In this document: in pieces, positions 45,101 to 58,347 of the stretch
Layout: each line of letters opens with the position of its first letter
How positions within the stretch are numbered: the stretch's first letter is position 1
Source of the DNA: the human T2T-CHM13v2.0 reference genome, Homo sapiens
Strand: one strand, 5' to 3'
DNA length: 64,000 nucleotides
Assembly (NCBI RefSeq): GCF_009914755.1
Contig: NC_060932.1
Program-made: the position numbers and the translations under genes
Notes under the pieces: generated by a model
The model's input: the letters and a program-made list of their open reading frames with translations, nothing else
Told to the model about the DNA's origin: nothing
Databases searched by the model: none

Positions 45101-46715
45101 CTGGGGAAAGGTTAAAAAAAATGCTGAGCTGATTTCGTGTAGACAAGAAAAGCTAAGGGTTGGTAACTGACCATCTGTAATTATGTGAAAGATTATTAGG
45201 ATAGAGTATGTTGCCAGCTGCTCTCCTCTCTGCTGAAAGTAGAAGGATGGGATTAAATTATAACCAGAGAGATTATGTTAGACATAAGGAAGAACACTGT
45301 AGCTTTAGGGGGATATTCTCTAAGATGGATTATCGAAGGACAGTGTAAAATTCTCAATATAGAATTGTGAAAAGTTTGAAAATGGAGCAGGCTCCTTCCT
45401 TTCTCTGTCTCAGATAGTTTCAGTCATTTTTTGTAGGTAGAATGTATATTTGCATTAAAAATTGTTTCTAGATGATTCTGCTTACAAATATATCTGGAGA
45501 TACCATCAATGTGGACAAAATGAAAAGAGAATGCTTCAGTTTTGGATAAATATTTTATTTGCCCAGAGCACAGTTTCTCTTACTCTTTCTGGCCTCAGCC
45601 CGATAATTCCATACATATTTTTACTATTGGTTTAAGTACAAATGCCTCAAGGTAGAAAGATCGATTAAATGACCTCTTCAGATTCCTTCTAAGCTTTATT
45701 ATTCTAATTTTTCAGCTTCCACAGTGAGATGAGAGCATGACAGAAAACCTGTGTTCTTTGTCCTATTTATCAAGGGACTATGAAGACACATGTTTGGACT
45801 CCCTCATTTGCTGTAGAAACACATGTGTAACACCCTCAGGATTATTGTGTCTTCTCGGAAATGCATGCCCTTGGAAGTAAGCCTGTGGGTGGGCTTCTCT
45901 CTTTTAGAGACATTATGAAAAGACATAGAAATTTCTACATTGCCCTTTGGGTTAGGTAGGCGAAAGGTGATATATGGCATAATACTAAAGCAGCACACGA
46001 CAACTGGATGCCTCATACCCAAAATACTCAACAATAGAGAAATCACCAGAGAACTTGTAAATAAAAATGTTCTGTAGGTAATTCCCACAGAAGTCATATA
46101 TTTGCTAATATTTGTGGATTTTCCTCACAAAAGTGCCTCTCACGTAATCATTAACGTCTCTATGCTTTCTTTAGATACGGATACAGTAGTTCAAATTTAA
46201 ATGCCAGTTTCTAAAAGCCTTGGCAAGATAGAAAACACAGTCTATGGCAAGGATTCAGGCAAATCAAAATGCTTGCTCATGAGGGGCAAGGAATCAAAAC
46301 AACTGCAGAAGGCACTGCTAGAACCTAAATTCAGTCAGCAGATATTTATTAGGGCCCTACTCCCTGCTGATTGCTGAAGATAAAACAATGAGAAAAACAA
46401 ACTTGGTGCTTGCCCTCCTGAACTTTAGAGCCTATAGAAGGGTGCACATTCTAATGTAAATTTTATGCAAATAACATTTAATATTGTGATAAATAAGAAA
46501 AAACTGGGTTCTGTAAAAGTTTTAAATATATATAAAAAAGGCTTCCTTGGGAAAGAGCGCTTTATCTGAGATTTGAAGGATGTCTAGATGTTTGAAAACT
46601 AATATTTTAGAAGATGGGGTATAGATGGAGGGCACAAAAATATTTCATACAGAGAATATAGCTTGTGCAAAGGCCCTGAGGTGGGAGGAACATGAGGAAA
46701 TGAAAGAAAGATCAC

Positions 46716-47048
<333 letters not shown>

Positions 47049-47547
47049 GAAAGAAAGATCACGACGTAAGAAGAGTAATGAGATGAGCTGGAGAAGTAGG
47101 CTGGGGTTATACAGAGTTTATATGACTGATAGATGCAGGGTCTATGGGTTCCATTTGTGTCCCAGCAAATACAGGGAAGCTACTGAAGAGCGCTTTGAAA
47201 GGGAGCAAGATAATGAAGCCTGTACTTTTAAAATATCACCTTTCAGTATGAAGAATGGATTTTCATGGGGCAAGATTGGCTGCTGGAAAATCAGTGAAAA
47301 GTGTACTACAATAACACAGTAACTAAAGATGGTGAAGGTTTGACTAGAATTCTGGTAGTGGAAATGGACAGAAGTAAAAAAAGTTCAAAAAGCTGTTATA
47401 AGGTAAATATTCAGGAAGTAAATAAGAGGTATTCAGAAGCATTTTATTTTGGATTGTAAATGGGGTATACTAAAGGAAATTACCAAAACTGACTTCCAGG
47501 GACTATCTAGTATCTCATAGAACAATAAAAAGAGAACCATGCTTTAG

Positions 47548-47790
47548 GTCAGAGCTTAGCAAATTTTTTCTATAAACATCCACATAGTAAATATTTTAAG
47601 ATTTAAGGGGGCATACAGCCTCTGTCACAACTACTCAACTTTTCTGGGATAGCAAGAAAAATTGTCTGTGTAAGCAGCCACAGGCAAATGTAAATGAATA
47701 GGCTTGGCTGTGTTCCAATAAAACTTTATTGACAAAAGCAGGCAGTGGGCCAGATTTGGCCCCGGGGCATACTTTGCCCATTCGTTTTAG
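47548..47790. mobile_element. MER58A MITE
   Basis: 'tagtaaatatttta', 'ctgtcacaactactcaact', 'ggctgtgttccaataaaactttatt' and 'gggccagatttggcc'. Confidence 0.8.
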
Positions 47791-48938
47791 TTGATGAACA
47801 CTGTGATTACACAGGCTGTTGTTTACACTGATGGCAGTAAATCATGCAAAAAAAAAAAAAATTTAATTTTGTTTGGTGTTTTCTGCTGAATGAAAGCCAT
47901 GAATATTTGAAATACTTTGAAAAATCTAGAGAAAATTACTGAAGTGAATTTTACTGCTTAAAGCTTTACCTGAATTTTTCAGACAACAAAGCAAATATTG
48001 AATGCTTTATTCCCTTATAACACAAGATGAAAATGGGGTTTTAATATTAATATTGTTAGCTAAGCTTCAAAAAGGTCAGCTTCAAGGCAGTTGGAGTTAC
48101 ATTTATTTCATTGCAAAGAACTGAGGCAGCAACAAATACTGGCATCATGATATCTCACTGTAAGTCACTGTAATATCACCTTGCTAGTGAATGACATTTT
48201 TTCTCAGTTGTTATAATTGTAGAAAGAAAAAGATATTACCTCAAAGAATTTGTGATAATCTCTCTAAATTATTTACTCTTGGCAATGAACGTTTAGGTAG
48301 ATTTCAAGAACATAAACAAGAACAAATACCATTATGAGAACACCATGAAGACTGACTCAAATGTTCTTTCATTGAAAACAATTTCTTTTTAAAACAATTC
48401 TACAGAATAAATATGGAAAAATTATTAAGTTCAAAAAGTTGTTTGGAAAATTCCTACTTCTATGGAAATTCCTTAAAACCCTCAGTGCATAAAGTCAACT
48501 GGGCATATTTAACCATATGTGTCCAGATTTCCAGATAGTCAACCAAACTTTTCTGATACCTAGATCATAGAATCTCAGAAAGCTTGAAAAATCAGGGAGT
48601 TAAGTTCCATGACAATATAATTTTGTTTCTTACAAAGATATTTTCTAGATACTACATGAATTTTCCTTTACTTAATATCTATCTTGATTATCTACACACA
48701 CTTTTAAGATTCTTAAATTCTAGCAAGCTGTATTTTGGAAAATAGATAAAACAGATAAAATAGCTATTTTGCAAAAGATTTCTTTGTTTCATGAGCTGAG
48801 AAGCCCAAATTTTTTTAAAAATAAGTTTCTTTTAAAATCATAATTATTTGAAACATTACACTCAGAATCAATGAGTTCTCATAGCAGCTTATCTCCTGGA
48901 GAGCAAGCATGGAAGCATTCTTATTTGAGGTAGCTGAC

Positions 48939-49087
48939 CTAACAGGTGTCTTCCTTTTCTATACAATTTTATGAAGCTATGAAATCTTCATTAAGTTGTA
49001 GGTCATAGGCATCTCTCCTGGAACCAGCTGTGCCAAATAAGCAGAAGGATTTTTTGATATTCCAATGCTCCATAGTAAAATGAGAAC
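48939..49087 (-). pseudogene. Candidate decayed exon D (149 nt)
   Basis: Very strong acceptor ttttttggtttttgtttttag|GT. Phase-1 reading gives GSHFTMEHWNIKKSFCLFGTAGSRRDAYDLQLNEDF, then a 1-nt shift gives SFIKLYRKGRHLL. Donor AG|gtcagc. Confidence 0.5.
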
Positions 49088-49403
49088 CTAAAAACAAAAA
49101 CCAAAAAACAAAAAGAAAACACCCAGATGTTGTTTGAAACTCTGTTAAGCAGGCTAATGTGCTTTCCCTATTAAGTCATTATTAAAATGCTATTACACTT
49201 TTCACCTGTAGCTATTCGAAGGCAGATCTAATGCTTAACTCCCAATTTTTTATCTCTTTTGCACTAGCTAAAAGAAGAATCAGTACTAGTTATAGATCAC
49301 TTAGCTTTTTGTTTATTTATTCAATGGAAATGTTAATGCTTTCTATGTTCACATTACTAGAATATGTATACAGGGAGAGGAAATTTAAAAAATGTAAGAC
49401 ACA

Positions 49404-49710
49404 GGCCAGGAGTGGTGGCTTGCGCCTGTAGTCCCAGCACTTTGGGAGGCCAAGGCCAGTGGATTACGAGGTCAGGAGATCCAGAACATCTTGGCCAACA
49501 TGTTGAAACCCCATCTCTACTAAAAATACAAAAAATTAGCCAGGTGTGGTGGCATGCGCCTATAATCCCAGCTACTCGGTAGGCTGAGGCAGGAGAATCA
49601 CTTGAACCCAGGAAGTGGAGGTTGCAGTGAGCTGAAATCACACCACTTTCCACTCCAGCCTGGGCGACAAGAGTGAAACTCCATCTGAAAAAAAAAAAAA
49701 AAAAAAAAAA
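49404..49710 (+). mobile_element. AluS
   Basis: Full dimer with a poly-A tail. TSD aagacaca at 49396-49403 and 49711-49718. Confidence 0.95.
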
Positions 49711-52184
49711 AAGACACAGACTCTGCTCTTGCAGAAATTAACCACAGAAATGGAATATAAATTTAGAGGGAATTAATGATAAGTGGAAGTTCATGGTAGA
49801 CAAAAAATAACTATTCAAAGAAGAAACTGCTTTGGGCTTGACATGGAATGCTTCATAGAAGATGGAGACTTGTGCACCTTTAATAAGGATGGATAAGATT
49901 AGAAAATATAGTCAAAGTCGCAGGCAGTTTATGTAGGATGCATAATATAAGCCAATGCTTGGAGTCTGAAATAAGCATGGTAGGCTTAGGGGATGGTAAA
50001 GTGACCATCCTGAACAGGGCAGGATTTGCAGATCAGTGAATAGAGTTAAATAGGTTCAATGACTCATCAGCAGAGGAATTTCCACTTATTCCATGGTAGC
50101 ATCAAAGAATTAAGTAATTTCCAGGAGAAGTCAGTAAAATAGAAAAAAAAAAGAATGGCTAGGAAAAAAATCAAAACAAAATAGTGCCACAAAATCTTCG
50201 AGAGAGAAGAATCTTAAAAGTAGGAAGGGATCAATAGTGTTGAACATCAATTGGAGAATAACAAATTGACACAGGTTTTGAAGATTAATCAGTCAATGGG
50301 GCAGTAGGGAGAGCAGTCTCAGTAGACTGCTGGGGGCACAAACCAGATTGAATTAAGTTTAGGACAGATGTGTGCCGAGTGAATTGAAAATATACGTGTG
50401 AGTCTGGAAGCTGTAGTGTCTACATAAAGATGGTTGACTTGTGCATGTTTTACTTACACTAGCATTCTTACTGAAATGACAGGAAATATATTTACAAGTA
50501 GAATTTATGGCGGTGCTAAAAAAAATAAGTATACTCAAACTTTTGTCTTATTTGGGTTGAAAGTTATAGGGGTTAATACATTATCAATGTTGTGTGAATA
50601 TGTTTGTTAAAATGTTAATAGTCATTTCACTGCAAATCCATATCTGCATCTATACATTTATATCTATTGATATAGATTATTGAGTGCCATTAGCAGACAA
50701 AATAAATTTGAGTTATATGAGGAAAGTAGATGGAATTACATATGCTCAGCAGAATAAAACAATAACACAAATCACAGAAAATTCTACTGAGTAGAACCCA
50801 TTTGTCCCAACAAAACTTCTTAGCAACTTAAATCTCAGGAGCAGGACTGTACCAAGGATTCACTCAAGGGAGAGAACTACTTGGGAGACAGTGATACAGC
50901 TTCAGAGAAAATACAACCCAGAAAATTACACTCACCAATGTATTCTTTCACCTGTCATTTCACAGGAAACGAAGATCACCAGACATTCAAGAAACACAAA
51001 TAAAATAAAAAAGAATGCAAAAGATGAACAATTGGGGGAAACAGAGATATACAGAAAAGAGAATAAAGCTTAAATTATTTTTAATAATTTCAGAGTGATT
51101 AAAAAAGACTCTGAATCTACAAAAGAAAACCAACGAAATGCAATAAAATAGCAATAAAAAATAAAGGATTCTTGGAAATAAAGCATGTTAGGCAAAATTA
51201 AAAAAAAAAATAGAAGGGCTGAGTAAGTGAAAGGATATTACCAAAGAATGTAAACTCAAAAGTAAAAGAAATAAAAAATAAAAACATTTCAGAGATATGG
51301 AGAAGAGTTCCACGGTATCTAATATTCATATACTAGGAGAGAAGAGGAATGAGAAAATAAATAATCAAAAGATAGTTTTTAGAAGAATGACCTGAGAAAG
51401 ATTCAGTTTTCACACTGAAAATCATGCTGGATATCTAGTAAAATGAAATACAAGCAAATACATTCATTCACTCATCCTTTATCAAAGATTTCATGTAATA
51501 TTTACTATATGCCTGGCTCCATTCTAGGGATTAGGGACTGCCATGAACAGGACGGACCAAATTCTCCCTCTATGGATCTTACATTGTAAAGATCAGAGAT
51601 AAAATATATTGATTAACAAATAAAAGTTTAAAAGAAATAAATTCTCTGAAGAAAGAAGTATAGGTAATAATAAATAATGACCATGTGGAGCTACTTTATA
51701 CTGGGATATCAGTGAAGGTACCTCTGAAGAACTGGCATTTGCTGTGAGAGCTGAATGGCAGGCAAATGCTAGCCATGAAAAGATCTGGGAGAAGAACATG
51801 CCAAGCAGAGGGAATATCAGGTGAAATTTCCAAAAGCCACAGCTTAAAAATATATACATAAGAAACATCAACCATCCTGGAGTGAAAATGACTCTGGAAT
51901 CAGAACTCTCATCTGTAAAACTACATGTCACAAAAATAAGAAAATAATTTTAAGCCTAGGATGTTATTAAAAGTCAAACTACCATTCAAATACTTTTTAG
52001 ACATGCAAGGACACAGAGTTTATTCTGAGAGGAAAAAACCTTTAATAAATATTTCAGCAGAATGAGAAAAGAACACAAAGAAATGGATAACATGAGATGG
52101 ATTAATACAAATAAATCAATAAAATACATGGTTACATCTACACACTTATTGATAACAGAACTGTGAGAATTAACTCAATTGTTG

Positions 52185-52657
52185 CGTGTTCTGATCATAG
52201 CTGCAGAAAAACCACCCCAAACTTAGTTATGTAAAATTATCACTTATTTTTATTATCTATAAAATTATGGAATTGACTCAGCTCAACTAGATGGTTCTCA
52301 TTTGGGGTTGCTAATGTGATTGCAGTCAAGTGATGGCTAGAGGTGGAGTCATCTCCATGGCTTCCTCACTCATCTTTGAGACTTGATACTGCCTAAAAAA
52401 TTGGGACTGTTGACTGGAACACCTCATATAGCCTGTCTATGTGGCCTGGGCTTCCTTTCAGGACGGCAACTAGGTTCCAAGAGCAACTATCCCAAGAAAG
52501 AGAAAACCAGGTGAAAGCTGTATCTCTTTTCTGATTTGGCCTCAGAAGTCATACAGCATAGCTTCCACCAGCTCCTATTCACCAGAAGCAAGTCGCTATA
52601 GACCAGGCCAAATTTAAGAGGGAAGGAATTAGACTGACATATTTTAAAACCACTACA
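52185..52657 (-). mobile_element. MLT1 (G/H-like) MaLR LTR
   Basis: 'aaaccaccccaaacttag', 'atgtggcctgggcttcct' and 'gcctcagaagtcatacagcat'. Confidence 0.7.
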
Positions 52658-54324
52658 CAAAGAAAGGATACATAAAAAATAGTGCCACAATGTAACAAAA
52701 AAATTAACAATCTGGTGGTGAGCAACAAGAAAGAAGTAGAAACATACTCAAACCCTTGTCTTATTTGGGAGGGAGTGTCAAAAGGGTTAATGAATTATCA
52801 ATGTTGATGGAAAACATCAACATAAGTTCAAATATTTTTGTTAAAATGGCAATGGTCCTTACACTATGTGTCTAATTCTATCTATATCTGCATAACTTTC
52901 TCCAGTGAAATGCTTATTTCACTAAACAATTTATCTTGAAGATTCTCTCCTTATCATTTAATTACACCTCTATTTACAGGCAAAGATGTCCATCACCTTC
53001 AATACTCATGCCATTAGGCTATATCCTCATTATTGACCTCCTGGACGCTGTCAGTCCTCTGACTCAGAATCTTCCTCCTTTACTATGGTAATCTATGAAA
53101 AGTCAGTTTCTTTTAATAACCTACCCTTTAAACTTGCCTTCAAATCCCTGAACCTTTCTTATCAAGTGATCCTCATCTCCAATCCACTGAAATTCACCTA
53201 TAACCATTACCAAATTCTCAATTCAGTTATCATTAACAATTACTCCACCTCACTTTCTGACGGTAACCCTTACCCTCAAACTCCTACTACATCACTCTTC
53301 CATCTCATAGAGACATCATTTTTTTACTGTCTTCCAGCTTATTATCCCTGTTGCTCATCACTTTCCTTCTGTACCCTGAACTAAAATGTTTATCATCTTC
53401 ATTATCTTGCAGATATGCTAAATTTCCTTACATCTTTAGCTTCTCAAAACAACATAAAATCGATATTGTCAAACTCTGCCTTCTCTTCTATACCAAGAAA
53501 AGAACAATACCACTATGAATTGGCATGATAAAAAAATCAGTCTCTGTTGTCAGCTAGGTACTCAGAACTGCCAATAAATGATTTTTATATATTCTTAGAA
53601 ATATATCATTCCAACATTTTTATTGCCCTTATCAAGCATCAACAAGTTTTTACTGCTCTTCTCAAGCATCTGACACCATTCCAGCTCCTTCATTCTCAGT
53701 GAATAAGTTTATCTATTACATGACAAAAATCAAGGTCATTAAGAGAAAGTTCTTCAAATCTCCCTCAATTTGCCAATTCCCCTATATACAAATCTGCCTA
53801 CCTTGCATCCATCAAAAAATCTTTTCCTTCATCTTTAAAAGATGAAGCCATCCTGCTCATACTACTTGTGTCTTTGAGCTCTTTGTTTGTGTTTCATGAA
53901 AACAAATTGTCTTTCATTCATCTCTATGCTAGTTCCTCTCCTTTCAGCCAATAAACATTCTCTAGTCTTTCATATTAACAACAACAACAAAAAAACAAAA
54001 CTCCAAACTTCACATTCTCTTCAAGTTACCATTCAATTGTTTCTCTCCCAGACTACATAGAATAGTAAGCTGGATGGTCACCTCAACATAATCTCTTCTT
54101 TGGAGTTTAATGACTACATCTGTACATCTGTATTCCACTCTATTGAAGGTATTCTTATTAAAATCATCAATGACCTCATCATTGCAATCTAAATAGTGTT
54201 TGTCTATTGATATCGCTGATTTTAGTTACATTTTATTCTATTGGTCACTTTATTTGTTGACACTAGATTCTCTAGTTTCTTCCATTTTTTTCTCTATCCC
54301 TTTTGAAATGAGCTACCTATATTT

Positions 54325-54675
54325 TTGGTCAATTTGTATTTTAGATTCAGGGGGTATATGTGCAATATACCTAGGTATATTGTATAATGATGAGTTGTAG
54401 GGTACAATTGATCCTGTCATGAAGGTAGTAAGCATAGTACCCAATAGTTAGTTTTCAACCCTTGCCTTCTCCCTCTTGCCACAGTAGCCCCCATTGTCTA
54501 TTGTTGCCATCTTTATGTCCATGCTTAGCTGATGTTTAGCTCTCTTATAAGTGAAAGCATGCAGTATTTGGTTTTCTTTTCCTGCTTAGTTTGTTTTGGA
54601 TAACGGCCTCCAGCTATATCCATGTTGCTGTAAAAGTTGTGATTTTGCTTTTTATGGCTGTGTAGTATTCCATGC
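54325..54675 (-). mobile_element. 5'-truncated L1PA15-16/L1PB-type 3' end within a long L2 relic (about 52940-55210)
   Basis: 'ttttagattcagggggtatatgtgc', 'agcatagtacccaatagttagttttcaaccc' and 'ttttatggctgtgtagtattccatg'. Confidence 0.8.
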
Positions 54676-57465
54676 CACCCACATTTTGAATGCTGATGTT
54701 CACCAAAGTTCTGAAGTGTCCTGAAGTTCTTCTCATGCTTTGTTCTTTTTCCAGGTGATCTCACTCACTTCCAAAATTTAAACTTAGACCCATGCACTAA
54801 CCATTTCCCAAATTTAATTCTCCTTTCTGAATCTCTGGGTTTCAGAGTCACATAGACTGCCTGTAATACAACAGCTTAGTATTTTCAGTCAAAAACTAAA
54901 CTCATCTTATTCTCTCCTTCAAATCCAGTTTATCCTTCTAAATTATCTCTCAATTAATGCCAAACATCATTTAGCTGGTCAGTCCCCAAATTAAAAATGT
55001 AAGAGTCATCCTTGAACTCTCTTTCTCCCTTCTGTAACCATTCCACCATTAAATCTGGCCTATTAGATCTCCTCTATATTTCAGAAACTTATCCTGTCCT
55101 CTCCATTCTAATTAGACTAATTCAGACATTTCACATGTCTCCCTGAACTTCTGGAACAGCCTTCAAAGTTGTTTCTCAGCCTCCAGTTTTGAATTCCATC
55201 TTTCTTTACCTGCTGTATTGGAAAATAATAAACTATCACTTAGAAGGACATAATGGAAGTGAATATTTTCAGAGGAAACCTGGGTTTTTGTTCAAGTGGG
55301 GCTATTGAGATACGGTGCAACTCAGGGTTTAAAAACACAGGACCTAATATCAAACAGCCTAATTAGTTCAGGCTCATGCTGCAATATCTACCAGATTTGT
55401 GGTCTTAGGAAGATTACTTAGCCTCACTCCCTCAGGTTCCTCGCCTTAAAACTGGAGACAGTTACATTACCCAGCTGACGTGACGATTGAGTGTGATACC
55501 TGTAAAATACTTACACTATGTCAGATACCCAGTGAAGACTGAGTAAGTGCTGTGGTGGTAGTAGTGGTGAGAGGGGTTTCTAATTTCAGAGGAGATTTTT
55601 CAGAAAATGTTGAGATAAAACAGTGGACATAGGTTAAGAAGTCAGAAGACTGGTATAGACTTCCTTGTCTCACGTTTTCCCTATCACCTGGGGATTTTTT
55701 TATTTCCTTCTCTAAAAGTTCTGAAACTGACATTCTTGGCATTTCATATCAGAGGGGAAAAGAGAGATCAATTATTTCAAAATTGGTTTGGGGTTCAGCA
55801 TCTAGCCATTGGATTAAAATGAAGTCTTACCCCAAAATAGATTCTAGATGGAGAAAAGATTTAACCGCAAAAAATAGTTAAGACCATAAAAGCATTTGAA
55901 GAACACATGGAAGGATTTATTTTTCATCTCTGATTTGAGACAGGCTTACCAAAAAAAAAAAAAAAGACAAAAAACAAAAGTCATAAAAAAAATTGATAAA
56001 TGTGACCAAATACAATATTTTAAATTCTGCATGGTAAAAATACCTAAACAAAGTCAAAAGACAGATGATAAACTGAGAAAATATTTACAGCACATATGGC
56101 AAAAGACTGATTTTCCTGTACTAAAATTACATTAATTAAATATACTTAAAAGTCTTAAAATATATTAAATTTTTTAAAAAGCAAGGGCAAAACAGCGTAT
56201 TTGTGATACTTCCATTTATGTAAAAAGAAAAAGAGGGAATGTTTACAAATATTTGCACATGCACTGAATATCTAAAGGGATGCACAAGAAACTAGCAAAA
56301 GGGGTGCTTCTAGGAAAAGAAACTCAAGGCTGATTTTTACTGTATGTCTTTTTTTACCGTGAATGTTTTAACATACGTAAACACTATTTTATGATCACAA
56401 AACTGAAGCTCTTTTTAGAAACCTTCCATGAAACTCTGAACAGTGTAAAAAAGAAAGGAAAGGAGGAAGAAAGTGAAGGAAAGAAGCAAGAGGAGAGAAA
56501 GGAAGGAAGAGAGAAAGGGAGGAACAAGAAAATCTTTCTCTGATCTCTGTTTCCTTATAGTAATTGTCATGCTTTTTATCATTTATTATTTAAAAAAATT
56601 TCATCTCCTCTACTAGAACATAAGATTTTTAGAACAACAACAAAAAAAAAACCCAGTCTTCCTGGTGTCTTGTACTGTACCAAGCATTTAATAGATGCAT
56701 AAAATTAATAAACAAGTGAATGATTATCCCATGGTCTATTTTATATGTGGTCTTTTTGCTTTGCAAAATTTGCCTCCTGTTACTTCCTGTGCTTCTTGGG
56801 TGTTACACAGGTTTTTCAGCATTTTGGAAAGTACAAAATGAATATTGCATGGTAGCTAACATTTTCTTTCCAAAGGAGTTTTATACCCCTGGCATTTGGG
56901 TCAGAAAAGTCCTGGAGTCCTGTCATCTTGAATAAATTCTCCACTTTCTGAGAAACACCACCACTAAAGAGTGTAACATCTATAGATGTGTCTATTCTTC
57001 AAGAAGTTTCCACTATATGAAAGTGGGTAACTTTGCACCAAAATCATTATATAATTGTAGAAAGCTTACTGGAAATGATTGGTATGCATTGTATGTAATT
57101 TAGAGCTTTATACTGAACACTATTTAGGCGTAACTGATTGACTGAATAATTCTTGGCTACCTTATCAAATTTCTTCTGCTCAGTGCTAAATGTTAAACCA
57201 TATCTCTAAAATGTGGTTCTAGTAATGAGAGTCCATTAACACTTCTGAGTGGTATTACACGTAATAAAATTGCAAGCATATGAGAATGAAGACAACCTCA
57301 AGAAAGAATGGTGTGAAACTGAAATGGGGTCCAGTTTGTTACCAGCAGGGCCAACGTCTACCTATCCCCATTCACAGGATGGGGTCTGATCATTGTGCAA
57401 CTAAGAAATCTGATTCATTAGTTCCTTGACTCCACATCTGAGAACAGCCTAATTAGTTTACTCAC

Positions 57466-57582
57466 CAGTCTCTTCAATTTCTCCAGATGTTTTTTGTTCA
57501 AAGATGTATCTCCAAGCTAACTCTGGCCTTTTTGCCAGGAAATTGTGCACAGAATTCATCCAAGAAGACAAAGGCCTTGTCA
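57466..57582 (-). pseudogene. Candidate exon C (117 nt, phase 1-1, fully open)
   Basis: Acceptor aataatttag|TG and perfect donor CTG|gtgagt. Reads (x)TRPLSSWMNSVHNFLAKRPELAWRYIFEQKTSGEIEET without a stop. Confidence 0.55.
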
Positions 57583-58071
57583 CTAAATTATTGAAGTGGC
57601 AATAAGTAACATGTTTAGTCAGAAAATTGGGCCAGAGCTCAGGGTTAGAACATCGTAAGACTTTTACAATAATGTACGTTATGTATCACATTTGTACAAT
57701 GATGTATTATTGTGTATCTATGATGTAAAATTGTATTTTAGATGAAGTGTTGCCTGTGTCTGCACACACACACACAGGTGTTCATCTTCAGTTCTTAAAT
57801 CTGTTTCTGAATTATGCTCCCTATGAAAGAGAAAGGGGGCACAGTTCAGACCAGGGTCCTACCTATATTTTGAATCTGCAAGAGTCTGCCTTCTGAAAAT
57901 TCCAAATAAGTGCCTTTCTTCCATCTTGGAATCCTGTGTGTGTTCCCCTGCCTCAATGTATCCATGTGTGTGAGAGAGTATCAGTCCAAGAGGAAGCACA
58001 GATTGGGAAGAAGCAGGCCAGACATTCCGTGGTCATGGTGAAAGGCAGGTGTAGGCAGAAGCATGTGGAGG

Positions 58072-58183
58072 GCAGTGATCAACTACCCCTATTTTCCTGG
58101 CAATAAGGGGTTTCTAGGAATGCAGAACTTTTAGTTGTTAAAACCAGGATGGTCCTCGGAAAACTGAGATGGATGGTCACCCC
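58072..58183. mobile_element. MER81-like hAT-Blackjack MITE
   Basis: Inverted ends gtgatcaact...ggatggtcaccc and internal 'taaaaccaggatggtcc'. About 110 bp. Confidence 0.6.
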
Positions 58184-58194
58184 AAGTAGGTTAC

Positions 58195-58347
58195 TTGTCA
58201 TGAAAATAATCTCTTCATCCTTTTTCCCGGCCTGGCTTATATAGCTCTAATTGGAGATTCTGACACAGTTGCTCTATCTGTCATTGTTGGAGGTCTTCTC
58301 AACAACTGGGGCTATTGTAATCTCACATGAGTCACAGAGAAAACTTC
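58195..58347 (-). pseudogene. Candidate decayed exon B (153 nt, phase 1-1, two TAG stops)
   Basis: Poly-T tract then ccatgccag|GA, and donor CAA|gtaacc. Reads GSFLCDSCEITIAPVVEKTSNNDR*SNCVRISN*SYISQAGKKDEEIIFMT. Confidence 0.45.
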
